A DNA stretch of 64,000 nucleotides from Ranitomeya imitator (taxonomy: Eukaryota): assembly GCF_032444005.1 (NCBI RefSeq), contig NC_091282.1:665198001-665262000 (forward strand), read 5' to 3'. Positions 38,394-51,095 of this stretch are shown piece by piece. The notes under the pieces were generated by a model. It was given only the letters and a program-made list of their open reading frames with translations. It did no database searches and was not told where the DNA came from. Made by a program: the position numbers and the translations under genes. The number at the start of each line of letters is the position of its first letter. Positions within the stretch are counted from its first letter, which is position 1.

Positions 38394-40710
38394 TACATAA
38401 TAAAGAAGACAATGTAATATATATACATGTATATATGTACATGTATACATATATATACAGTACACATTTCTTGCACAGGGGCCCCAAGCAGTCAGTGTCC
38501 ACTCCTGAATACTTACATATTAGTACCACAAAATCATGTCCTCAACACATCTGTTAAAATAAAGTTAGGTTGGACAACTCCTATAAGGAGGTAAAATTAA
38601 TGGCAATTCCATTCTATTGGAAGCAATGGGGCTTTGTGCAATGCAAGGACACATGACAGTTTTCAAGAGCAAGGTTTTTTTTTACTTTAAGGACTTCCCT
38701 ACTATGGTTGATAGAAGGGGTCCTGAAGAGGGGCTTCCATCTAATCTGTCCATATGCTACCAGACTTACAGTATATCTGAATCAAAAGTCCTCTTGAACT
38801 AAATCATCTCCCCGGTGTTCTGTTATTGTCATTTACTCTGGAATAAAAACTGAATTTCCAATATTCTAACGTCCCGTGGGCATCTGAGTCTCTGAGGCAC
38901 ATCTTGAAGGAGAAGGCAGCTGCTGGAAATAGCATCAGTGTCCGGCCATTCTCCTTTATTCCAGTACTGTCCTTACCCATGAACTCATCTCTCTTCTCCA
39001 CGTATGTAGTGCGAGTTATATTTTGGCGATGAGACATTTTGATATCTGGTGCATTTCTGCAGGTTAGAATTTACTTCACTTGTGTACATTATTATCCTTT
39101 TTGGAAACATAAATCAAGTCTATTGGCTATGACACGTATTAAACTTGTAAAATGTTTTTTCAAAGTTTAAAACCAGAGAATTCTGTATGAGTTCATGAAG
39201 AAGGATGAGCCTCGAATTGTGTGCATGCCAGATCGCTCAAGAATTGGCATATGTATAGCAGGCATTGGCAAATTCTCCAGACATACAGCTCCTGCGAGCA
39301 CTGCAGTGTAAAAGCACCCTGAGATCTGTCCGTCTGGACTTAAAGGGGATGTCCAGTGGAAATAAGTTATCACCTACCTAGAGGGTAGGAAAAAACGTAT
39401 TGATTGGTGGGGATCTAACCACTTGACCCTGCACATTTTACTCCCATTAGAAGGGAGCGCCAGTGCTCGACCTTAGTAGAGAAAAGGAGCATAAACAATC
39501 CAGGGCTAACAAGCACATCACAAAAGTAAGAAGATTAATAATAATTAGAATACATTTTATTACCGGTATATAAAAAGTTCCCTCAACTTTCCAAACATGG
39601 AAAAATATGTATATAGAAAAAATAATGTGGATACAAACAAATTGAACATGAAAAACATTAAAAAAAATGTTAGCTGGTCATTAGCGCATACGAAAATAAA
39701 AACAATAGCAAAAATATAATATTTAACAAGTAGTAAATAGCTGCATACAAAGATTTACCAATTTAGCTTATCTCGGATCGAGTTATCTCGGGGAAAACAA
39801 TGCGATCAGCAGTCCAAAATCGGACATACCGTATCTGACAGCCATCAGTCCTGACCATCACTTGGCCCATACACTTTAGACCTTCGATATCGGCGGTTTC
39901 AGACCGTATAAGTCTAAAGTGTATGGCCAGCATAATAGAGAGTCAATAACCAAATGTAAAGCAAGCAGATAAGGCAGACTGGGTCTAAATAAAAGTAACC
40001 TTCAGGAATCCTGAAAATAACACTAAAGTGCCATTACTGGTGCCATGCTAACATAATGTAAGCACTGGTGATTGCAAACACAGTCTGTGACTATGACGGG
40101 CGGAAACGACTTTGAAATGAAACTGTTCAGCAGGCGCTGCAATAGTGATGGTGGGATTCTTAAAATGAGCTATGCAACAATCCCAGGAAAATATGTCTCT
40201 AAACAGGAATAACAGGAACTCCTTATCTCAGGGCTATACACAGTCTCTGATATTAATCTGTTGCGTCACACTCGATAAACCTGCACTGTCAGTGGAACAG
40301 CACATTCTGCCCTAACTGAAAGGCTGGAGCTATCTCCTTTGAATCAACCATACACAAGAGCGCTCAACTCATGTGTTCTCCATGGTGAGAGAGGGATAGG
40401 CCACTGCTAAGAGCTTATCTCCCAAACAGCATTGAGATTCCAACTGCCCGATCCTTCACCTGTTACCATCTGGTGGGGTAGAGTCGAGAGGCACACATAC
40501 ACTTCAGATGACAATGCCAATCCTATCAAAATCAGTGCATTTGGACAGTTTTCATGTGATGTGTATGGAGGCCTTTAATTATGTAATTGGTCCACGAAGT
40601 GTCAACTGGATAAGTTCATTTTTTTCTGCCCCATTTGACTTTGGTGCACCCAGGTCTCAACTCTCAGAGAAATGTTACAAGACTCAATCCATCATGTAGT
40701 CTTGTAGAAT

Positions 40711-41705
40711 TGTCACGGATCCCTTCTCTATGGTGTGACTTATTCGTCACGTGCCTGCTCTTACACGTGACTTGGGGTTGTGTGTTATGATCTGGTGGCA
40801 TAGGAGCAGCATGAGACGGACTCTGGAGAAGGTGGTCCCTGTACTGACCGCAAACCCTGAACCTAGCAGCGCAACTAGAAGTAGCCGTGGGGGGTACCTA
40901 ACACTACCTAGACCCCTCGGCACAGCCTAAGATCTAACTTCCCCTAAAGACAGAAACAGGAAACCTATCTTGCCTCAGAGAAAATCCCCAAAGGATAGAT
41001 AGCCCCCCACAAATATTGACTGTGAGAGGAGAGGGAAATAACATACGCAGATATGAAATCAGATTTTAGCATAGGAGGCCATACTAGCCTCCTAGAAAGA
41101 ATAGAACAGAGTACTATGCGGTCAGTATAAAAACACTAGAAAATATCCACCACAGAAAACGAATCACCACATCTGACTATAGACATGGGGGGTATATCTG
41201 CATCTCCAGAGAAATAGCTACGCTGCAAAAAATCCTTCACAGACTAAGCTGGACAAGACAAAAACATGAAAATGCACAGAACTATAAGGTCCACAGCAGG
41301 TGGACAGCAAAAACAAAGCCAGGACTTATCTTTGTAGAAAAGCACAGCAAACTGGAGAGACCAGCAGGGAAGTGAATCCTTCAAAAACAATGGACAACTG
41401 GCACTGACTAAAGGATCCTGCAAAGCTATATACCCCAGTCAGTTTTGCAATTAGTAGATACACCTGTCCACTCCTGCAGTCCAGGCACAACTGCATTACC
41501 TCTACAACCACCGGAGGGAGCCCAAAAGCTGAATTCACAACAGTTGTGCCTGCAAGGGTTAATCTATCTCCCCACTCTCAGTCCAGCATTCAACCTCTGT
41601 CCTATGCTGTAATGGGAGCATAAATCACACACCGACCCAGGGCACACACCCGCTCATACGCGCTGCCACCACTCATCGAATGGGCGATGAGTCCCGGAAC
41701 TAACA
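40711..41705. mobile_element. Short solo-LTR-like element hosting a nested solo LTR
   Basis: TGTCACGG ... AACTAACA; flanks AGAAT/ATAAT (4/5 match). Confidence 0.45.
40783..41542 (-). mobile_element. Solo LTR
   Basis: TGTTATGATC ... GAATTCACAACA, with GTTGTG duplicated on both sides. Orientation is inferred. Confidence 0.85.
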
Positions 41706-42017
41706 ATAATACTAATAAAAATTTGTCTCTCACTCATAATAGGCAGGTAACTGGTTCATGCAGCTTTACATGAACACCTGAGCCTTACACTATTGCTGGT
41801 CTGACTAACTAAAGCAATTGTTACCATCCACCTCTCGTGTCTCCCCCTTTTCCTCATAGTTTGTAAGCTTGCGAGCACGGCCCTCATTCCTCTTGGTATC
41901 TATTTTGAACTGTGATTTCTGTTATGCTGTAATGTCTATTGTCTGTACAAGTCCCCTCTATAATTTGTAAAGCACTGCGGAATATGTTGGCGCTATATAA
42001 ATAAAATTATTATTATA
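41706..42017 (+). mobile_element. L2 LINE 3' end fragment
   Basis: TTGTAAGCTTGCGAGCA.GGCCCTC motif and a GCGGAATATGTTGGCGCTATATAAATAAA(TTA)n tail. Left boundary is approximate. Confidence 0.75.
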
Positions 42018-42159
42018 GTCTAAGGGGTCAAATGTTGGAGAGTGACATGCCAGGGTAAGGAGACCTATAAGTCATGCAATGCTCCTCTGTGAAATTAAAT
42101 ATGTATATTGCCTGTGAAATTAAATATGTATATTGCCCTTTCAAAGAGGAAGAGGACTT

Positions 42160-42345
42160 AAACTCTAGCACCACCTATTGGAAGTAAAAATTGGAAGTCC
42201 ATATTGAGCTTTTTAAAAGTCCCTTGCCTCATGACATTGAATAAATGCCAAATCAGAATCTCTATTTGCAGATACGAGTTTCGTGGATGTTTGCCCCTCC
42301 TTAGTGCAAAGCATGGGGCCCTAGTCAAAGGCCTCTTATACAACC
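42160..42345 (-). mobile_element. Short hammerhead-bearing repeat, copy 3 (degenerate motif at 42265-42310)
   Basis: - strand reads TTTGCA CTAAGGA GGGGCAAACATCCAC GAAAC TCGT ATC TGCAAA, then the CCAATAGGTGGTGCTAGAG tail. Confidence 0.6.
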
Positions 42346-42349
42346 AAAT

Positions 42350-43215
42350 CAGATCTCTTGCTTTGCACTGAGGAGAGGCAGACTGTTATGATCCGGTGAC
42401 CTTGGAGCCGCATGGAACTTTCTCTGGAGTTGGTGGCAACTATACTGACCGCAAATCCTGAACTTATCATTGCAACTAGAAGTAGCCGTGGGGTGTGCCT
42501 AACAAATCCTAGACACCTCGACACAGCCGGAGGTCTAAATACCCAGAGCAGAACCCCAAAGGATAGGCAGCCCCCCACAAATATTGACTGTGAGTAGTAG
42601 AGGAAAAGACACACGCAGGCAGGAAACAGGATTTGGCAAAATATCCACAGCAGAAAATACAAAAACTCCACCATCTAACTAAAGATGTGGAGCGTATATC
42701 TGCAACTCCAGAGAATCCAGCAAGACAGAGAAAAACACTGACTCAATCTAAGCTGGACAAGAGAAAACAAATAAATAGCACAGAATTATTAAGCACACAG
42801 CATGTGTGCCACAGAAACAAAAAACAGGCACTTATCTTTGCTGAAATGGCAGCAAGGCTGGAGCAACCAGACAGAGATCCAAAACCTCCCAGAACCATGG
42901 ACAACTGGCAAGGACTAATGAATCCTGCACACCTAAATATCCCAGTCAGAACTGCAATCAGCAGATACACCTGGCCAGGACTGCGACTCAGGGACAACTG
43001 CATTCCCACCTTCAACCACTGTAGGGAACCCAAAAGCAGAATTCACAACAGCAGACATCCTAAAACACATCTCTGCAAATAGAGATTCTGTTTTAGCTTT
43101 TATTATCAGTCATATAACAAGGCTTGTTATTGACTAGATAATGACTTTTAGGATTGCTGCTTCCAATAGGTGGAACTAGAGTTCAAGTCCTCTTCCTGTC
43201 TGATGAGGCAATTTG
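42350..43215 (+). mobile_element. Short hammerhead-bearing repeat, copy 4 (split by a solo LTR)
   Basis: TTTGCA CTGAGGA GAGGCAGAC [LTR] ATCCT AAAAC ACAT CTC TGCAAA, then the same tail at about 43140-43190. Confidence 0.6.
42384..43050 (-). mobile_element. Solo LTR (same family as 40783-41542)
   Basis: TGTTATGATCC ... GAATTCACAACA; perfect 6-bp TSD GCAGAC. Confidence 0.9.
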
Positions 43216-43647
43216 CATAGCGATGTTGTAGAAATGGCAATGAATTTTTTCTGGAATGCATCCTTTGTAGCACTAAATGTGGATAGGGAGACAATTTGTC
43301 TTCTTGCTGACTCTTCTCTCACTCAGCCATTAACTCTTCTTCCCTGCAATCTGCAAATGATTCCAGCTCATTCTCTGGTGCACCAACTGCACACAGGACC
43401 AGAGTGCCAGCTACTCACTGGAGGACCATACTGAGCTCTGCCTGCTTCCAGTTCTTTCTCCAAAGCTTCCCCCAAAACATTGCTCAAGTATGTCCTTCTC
43501 AACTATACAATTTCTATGTGCTACACCTTCAGTTGCCGTCTTGTATGTTGCATAATTTCCCACTGTTGCTGGTAGTTTACCAAAGTTGGGCTTTTGTGAC
43601 TGATAAACTAGAAAGAAATCTTCATCAATGGTAATCCTGTTTTCTGA

Positions 43648-44090
43648 TGCTAGGTTCACATTAGCGTTTATGTGTGCAGTGTATCATCTGCATGCGCAAA
43701 CGCATGCCAAAACGCATACAAAAGCATGCTTACCCCTGCTCATCATCTTGCAAATGACGCAAACAAAACGCTGCATGTGCATTTTTTATGTGCATGGTGG
43801 AGGTGGTGACATCATTTTCTGGACATGCGCAGTCTAAAATATGCATGCGTATCGAACACATGCGTATGCATGTTCTTGCGTACCAATGCGTTCCCATAGA
43901 CAGTAATGCGTTTTTTTACACAATCATCTGCATTCGGATGATTGTGTAATATTTGTCGCCTCAAAAAATGCAACATGCTGCGTTCGACGGACACGGCCGC
44001 ACACCGCGAAATGACGCATACGGACGCATGACGCATGTGGATGTATGCGGATCATACCCTGCACACAGAAACGCTAATGTGAACCCGGCC
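43648..44090. mobile_element. Harbinger-type MITE
   Basis: GGTTCACATTAGCG / CGCTAATGTGAACC termini; flanks TGA/TTA. Confidence 0.75.
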
Positions 44091-44339
44091 TTACATATTA
44101 TTTTAGTGTAAGAGACCCTTCTTCCTATCCTAGTTCTATTTTTTGGGGGACTGCTGTCTCTTCAAGTTTTCAGATAAGCCGATGGGTCCTCTATTGGCCA
44201 ACTTGTAAATGTACAAGCCTTCAACTTGTTTTGGTGAACAGTTTGAATAGCCCCTCGAACTTCCTAAGGTTTTTGCATGAATACAAGTAGACGTACTGGC
44301 TTGTTGATCTACTTCATAGACAGCCGATTCTCCATTTCC

Positions 44340-46000
44340 ATTGTCATTTTACACCTCTCTCACAGATCTGTTGAACGCATTGGCGCAGATTCTCAATTGC
44401 AATAGCTGCACTTTTGATATTTGATCTTTCGAATTGCCTTGACAGAAGGGCGCTGAGATGTTGAGCCAAGTTTAGCACTTTTCTCTTGTATGCCGCCACC
44501 CTTGTCAGCATTGTCCATTCTTCATCTGCTCTGATAGTTGGCATTCTTATGCGGGGATGGCAATTTCCATTTCTTCTGGACATCAGCAGGAAGGATAAGT
44601 AACACATGACAGTGGATTGTGTTATACTCACATACTAGTCCATATACATAATCTGATCACCTTATTTTGTTTCCCGGTGCTTATCTGCAGTAGTTTTTGG
44701 TTCAGATGCCTCACAACTGCCTTGTGGATGGTAATATGTCTGGTAGAGCCAACACAACTCTTCATTCAATCTTCATTGTCTCTTCTTTCGAAGCAGACCA
44801 TATGAGGAACACCAATATGGAAAAATAAAATTCTTTCACCCAGCTTAGCCTGGAGACTGTACTCTTTGATCCCATGTTAGTACTGTCACTGCATACGTGG
44901 CAAAATGGTCAATGATGACTACATTTTGCCGTGCAGAGATTCTTCCACTGTGATGTCCATCAGCACATATTCTACAACTTTATCTCAATCTTGACAAATT
45001 CTTACATTTCCTACAAACAGAATATAGCTGGCCCGAAGTGTCCTTTATTCTTATGCATGCAAATCTGATCTTTTTTCGCTTATTAGTAGAAACTGGCTAT
45101 GTGTTTTATAGAATGGAGTGCAATTTAGAGGACATTGAGTGCTTCTAATCAACTCACCTAATGCACTTTTTAACACTTTTGTTTAGACTGATGTTGCCGA
45201 TCCTGGGCGATTAGTTGTTGCAGCTGGGCAAAAGTGGATCTTCAGTCCTATAATTGTCGTAGGCCAAGGTTCAGTTGTAAGATCGCTTCTTTTATTTGTT
45301 TTGATTAGAAGTTTTCAGGCTCAGACCAAGTTCGCATGTACTAAAAATATAATATCAATAACATAGAACCTCATCGAAATTCCGTAACACCTGAAAGACA
45401 CAAGTCTATCTCGTGTGAGACCGCTGCCATATCCTTGACTTGAAATTGTATATAGTTGTGAGACTGTTACTTGTTTTCCTTGGAGGCCGCAGGGCCAATG
45501 AGAAAATGAAGTGTATTCTAATTGAGAATGTGGAACCACAAACTTGAGTGCCATGTAAATACATTTAGGTTTTAGGAAATGACAAGTTTATTGTGCAAGA
45601 ACTCTTCAGAAAAGTTATGATTGCTGCAAATGTTTACCCTGTGTCTGCCTGCCCTAGTGGCTGTGTCATCCTGCTTCCTGCGCTGCAGATCCACAAAACA
45701 TTAACTCCTTTGTGACATATGATTATGGTGCTGGCATTATGTACTTAGTGGGCAGCTATCTCGACCAACTCTCCCATACTGGAGCGCTTGTTCGGGTGAG
45801 CTCTCCCGTGTTCTCGATGAGAGAGCCACCACTAGACATGTCTGACGGCTTCTTATCTCCGGTAGAAAAAAAAGAATCGACAGTCCGAACTTCGATATCC
45901 TTAACTCCCTCAATGGACCCAATGGTCCAGACCCCTTAAACATTAGAGTGTCGATATCGGCAAGTTCGGCCAACATTACTCTATAGTATAAGAGAGGCTT
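44340..46000 (-). pseudogene. Possible old Penelope-like remnants
   Basis: Isolated NADKGGGI (44489-44512), HSQFLLI (about 45090) and IDTLMFKG (about 45950) motifs; their order does not fit one colinear copy. Confidence 0.25.
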
Positions 46001-46903
46001 TAGAATAACCCTTCATTACTCACCGATCCAGCACTATTGCTCCTTTACAAGCAGCCAACATAGCATCAGTAGTTGCATCCTATCTGCCAGATATTTCTTA
46101 TAAAAATTAGGAAATTCTGGTGCTCTGCAGACTTAGTAATTTTACGCTTCTATCGGCTCTTCTGAAATGTGGATAGGAAAGTGACCGTGGTGAGCCTGAT
46201 GCCAAATTTAGGAATTACGGACAAAAAGGTTCCATTTCCACTCAATGGTAGAGAATGTCATAAAGTGCAGAAAGTTCTTCCGTAATCCTGTGTCACGCAC
46301 CATATTAGTTGTTTTATTTCTCTTTTCTATGTCTCCTTTAGTTTGTTCCCTGTTTCCAACCCTTCTTAATAACTCTTTCATCTTAGATCTTGAAAATTGT
46401 GAACTGATTCACACATGGCTACTCAATACTATTTAGTTTTAAAAATTGAGTTAGAGTAATAGTTGCCAGAGGCGTAACGTGCTTGCAGAGGGTGCGACCG
46501 GGCCCATTCTGGAGTGGAGCCCGCCAATGCCAGAGCCTTCTTGAGTTGGATTTGCTTCCAAGGACGTAGATTCAGCTGAAGTGTATTGCAGCGCAGAGAC
46601 AGTATGGCTCCCAGTGCTGCCATACACGCCGCTGGCCAATCAGAGGCCGGCAGTTGACATAGGCATACTTGTCATTGGTGTCACATGGCAGTGACGTCAT
46701 GTGTCGCCATAACAGGCATGCCAATGTCAGCGGCCGGCCTCTGCACTTGCTACAGAAGAGGACGCCGCACCTCGAGAGAGCGGAGGAAGGTGAATAGACT
46801 GTTATTTTTGTTCGTTTGGTTTTTTTTATACGAGGCGGAATGGGGAACACATATACCAGAAAGGGATCCAGGATGGGTGACATATACCAGAATGGGAGAT
46901 ATA

Positions 46904-48512
46904 CAGTGGGGCAAAAAAGTATTTAGTCAGTCAGCAATAGTGCAAGTTCCACCACTTAAAAAGATGAGAGGCGTCTGTAATTTACATCATAGGTAGACCT
47001 CAACTATAGGAGACAAACTGAGAAAAAAAAATCCAGAAAATCACATAGTCTGTTTTTTTTTAACAATTTATTTGCATATTATGGTGGAAAATAAGTATTT
47101 GGTCAGAAACAAACAATCAAGATTTCTGGCTCTCACAGACCTGTAACTTCTTCTTTAAGAGTCTCCTCTTTCCTCCACTCATTACCTGTAGTAATGGCAC
47201 CTGTTTAAACTTGTTATCAGTATAAAAAGACACCTGTGCACACCCTCAAACAGTGTGACTCCAAACTCCACTATGGTGAAGACCAAAGAGCTGTCAAAGG
47301 ACACCAGAGACAAAATTGTAGCCCTGCACCAGGCTGGGAAGACTGAATCTGCAATAGCCAACCAGCTTGGAGTGAAGAAATCAACAGTGGGAACAATAAT
47401 TAGAAAATGGAAGACATACAAGACCACTGATAATCTCCCTCGATCTGGGGCTCCACGCAAAATCCCACCCCGTGGGGTCAGAATGATCACAAGAACGGTG
47501 AGCAAAAATCCCAGAACCACGTGGGGGGACCTAGTGAATGAACTGCAGAGAGCTGGGACCAATGTAACAAGGCCTACCATAAGTAACACACTACGCCACC
47601 ATGGTCTCAGATCCTGCAGTGCCAGACGTGTCCCACTGCTTAAGCCAGTACATGTCCCGGCACGTCTGAAGTTTGCTAGAGAGCATTTGGATGATCCAGA
47701 GGAGTTTTGGGAGAATGTCCTATGGTCTGATGAAACCAAACTGGAACTGTTTGGTAGAAACACAACTTGTCGTGTTTGGAGGAAAAAGAATACTGAGTTG
47801 CATCCATCAAACACCATACCTACTGTAAACCATGGTGGTGGAAACATCATGCTTTGGGGCTGTTTCTCTGCAAAGGGGCCAGGACGACTGATCCGGGTAC
47901 ATGAAAGAATGAATGGGGCCATGTATCGTGAGATTTTGAGTGCAAACCTCCTTCCATCAGCAAGGGCATTGAAGATGAAACGTGGCTGGGTCTTTCAACA
48001 TGACAATGATCCAAAGCACACCGCCAGGGCAACGAAGGAGTGGCTTCATAAGAAGCATTTCAAGGTCCTGGAGTGGCCTAGCCAGTCTCCAGATCTCAAC
48101 CCTATAGAAAACCTTTGGAGGGAGTTGAAAGTCCGTGTTGCCAAGCGAAAAGCCAAAAACATCACTGCTCTAGAGGAGATCTGCATGGAGGAATGGGCCA
48201 ACATACTAACAACAGTGTGTGGCAACCTTGTGAAGACTTACAGAAAACGTTTGACCTCTGTCATTGCCAACAAAGGATATATTACAAAGTATTGAGATGA
48301 AATTTTGTTTCTGACCAAATACTTATTTTCCACCATAATATGCAAATAAATTGTTAAAAAAACAGACAATGTGATTTTCTGGATTTTTTTTTCTCAGTTT
48401 GTCTCCCATAGTTGAGGTCTACCTATGATGTAAATTACAGACGCCTCTCATCTTTTTAAGTGGTGGAACTTGCACTATAGCTGACTGACTAAATACTTTT
48501 TTTGCCCCACTG
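46904..48512 (+). mobile_element. Full-length Tc1 transposon (family B) inserted in the minisatellite
   Basis: Long TIRs CAGTGGGGCAAAAAAGTATTTAGTCAG, TA TSD. Confidence 0.95.
47273..48295 (+). CDS. Intact Tc1 DD34E transposase (340 aa from ATG)
   Basis: [10 protein letters not shown] start, WSDETK, HDND-34aa-[13 protein letters not shown]. Confidence 0.95.
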   Translation: MVKTKELSKDTRDKIVALHQAGKTESAIANQLGVKKSTVGTIIRKWKTYKTTDNLPRSGAPRKIPPRGVRMITRTVSKNPRTTWGDLVNELQRAGTNVTRPTISNTLRHHGLRSCSARRVPLLKPVHVPARLKFAREHLDDPEEFWENVLWSDETKLELFGRNTTCRVWRKKNTELHPSNTIPTVNHGGGNIMLWGCFSAKGPGRLIRVHERMNGAMYREILSANLLPSARALKMKRGWVFQHDNDPKHTARATKEWLHKKHFKVLEWPSQSPDLNPIENLWRELKVRVAKRKAKNITALEEICMEEWANILTTVCGNLVKTYRKRLTSVIANKGYITKY

Positions 48513-50340
48513 TATACTAAGAAGGGGGACATATATACCAGGATGGGAGATATATACTAAGAAGGGGGACATATATACCAGGATGGGAGACATATATACC
48601 AGGAAGGGGGAGATATATATCAGGAAGGGGGACATATATATCAGGATGGGAGACATACTGTATATACCAGGAAGGGGGACATATATACCAGGATGGGAGA
48701 CATACTGTATATACCAGGAAGGGGGACATATATACCAGGATGGGAGACATACTGTATATACCAGGAAGGGGACATATATACCAGGAAGGGGGACATATAT
48801 ACCAGGATGGGAGACATACATACTAAGAAGGGGGACATATATACCAGGATGAGAGATATATACTAAGAAGGGGGACATATATACCAGGATGGGAGACATA
48901 TATACCAGGATGGGAGACATATATAGTAAGAAGGGGGACATATATACCAGGATGGGAGACATATACCAGGATGGGAGACATATATACTAAGAAGGGGGAC
49001 ATATATACCTGGATGGGAGACATATACCAGGATGGGAGACATACTGTATATTCTAAGAAGGGGGACATATATACCAGGATGGGAGATATATACTAAGAAG
49101 GGGGACATATATACCAGGATGGGAGACATATATACCAGGATAGGAGACATATATACTAAGAAGGGGGACATATATACCAGGATGGGAGATATATACTAAG
49201 AAGGGGGACATATATACCAGGATGGGAGACATATATACCAGGAAGGGGGACATATATATCAGGAAGGGGGACATATATATCAGGATGGGAGACATACTGT
49301 ATATACCAGGAAGGGGGACATATATACCAGGATGGGAGACATACTGTATATACCAGGAAGGGGACATATATACCAGGAAGGGGGACATATATACCAGGAT
49401 GGGAGACATATATACTAAGAAGGGGGACATATATACCAGGATGAGAGATATATACTAAGAAGGGGGACATATATACCAGGATGGGAGACATATATACCAG
49501 GATGGGAGACATATATAGTAAGAAGGGGGACATATATACCAGGATGGGAGACATATACCAGGATGGGAGACATATATACTAAGGAGGGGGACATATATAC
49601 CAGGATGGGAGACATATACCAGGATGGGAGACATACTGTATATTCTAAGAAGGGGGACATATATACCAGGATGGGAGATATATACTAAGAAGGGGGACAT
49701 ATATACCAGGATGGGAGACATATATACCAGGATAGGAGACATATATACTAAGAAGGGGGACATATATACCAGGATGGGAGATATATACTAAGAAGGGGGA
49801 CATATATACCAGGATGGGAGACATATATACCAAAAAGGGGGACATATATATCAGGAAGGGGGACATATATATCAGGATGGGAGACATACTGTATATACCA
49901 GGAAGGGGGACGTATATACCAGGATGGGAGACATACTGTATATACCAGGAAGGGGGACATATATACCAGGATGGGAGACATACTGTATATACCAGGAAGG
50001 GGACATATATACCAGGAAGGGGGACATATATACCAGGATGGGAGACATATATACTAAGAAGGGGGACATATATACCAGGATGAGAGATATATACTAAGAA
50101 GGGGGACATATATACCAGGATGGGAGACATATATACCAGGATGGGAGACATATATAGTAAGAAGGGAGACATATATACCAGGATGGGAGACATATACCAG
50201 GATGGGAGACATATATACTAAGAAGGGGGACATATATACCAGGATGGGAGACATATACCAGGATGGGAGACATACTGTATATTCTAAGAAGGGGGACATA
50301 TATACCAGGATGGGAGATATATACTAAGAAGGGGGACATA

Positions 50341-51095
50341 CCGTATTTTTTGGACTACAAGATGCACTATTTCCCCCCCAAAAAAGGGGGGAAAATGGGG
50401 GGTGCGTCTAATAGTCGCAATGCAGGCTTACCGTGGCGGCAGAGGTGCGGCGGCAGAGGTGCGGCGGCAGAGGTGCGGCAGCAGAGGAGGCGCAGTAAGC
50501 GGGTCCCTTTCTCCTGTGAGGTGATGCAGCAGCCCGGTAAGCAGCAGAGCCGGGTGAATCCTGTTGTTATCGGTGATGGCGGCCATTTTCCTGAGGCCGC
50601 GCGTGCGCAGATGGAGCGCTCTGCTTCCCTTCAGGAAAATGGCAGCCGCGATCTCCATCTGCGCACGCGCGGCCTCCCGTGGCCATTTTCCTGAAGCCCT
50701 GGGAAGCAGAGCGCTTCATCTGCACACGCGCGGCCTCAGGAAGATGGCCGCCCCCACCGATAACAACAGGATTCACCCGGCTCTGCTGCTTACAGGGCTG
50801 CTGCATCATCTCACCGGAGAAAGGGACCCCTCTCACGCCATACCTCTCACTGCGCCTCCTCATCCCAGCACTTCCTCATCCCAGCACGTCCTCATCCCAG
50901 CACCTCCTCACGTCTGCTGACACCATGCCTCCTGTGACCCTGCTCTGCCACCGCCAGCCCTCAGGTAAGATACTGTAAATTCGGACAATAAGACGGACCC
51001 CCATCTTATAAAAAAAATCTTTTTTTCTGCAATTTTCACCCCAAATTTGGGGTGCGCCTTATGGTCCAGTGCGTCTTATAGTCCAAAAAATATAG
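50341..51095. mobile_element. Non-autonomous TcMar element with CCGTA-type (Tc2/pogo-like) ends
   Basis: CCGTATTTTTTGGACTACAAGATGC / GCGTCTTATAGTCCAAAAAATATAG; TA TSD within the minisatellite. Confidence 0.82.

Noticed and set aside
38804-39057. 77-aa ORF and splice-like sites
   Set aside because: Plausible exon boundaries exist on both strands with no recognisable product, so neither can be chosen.
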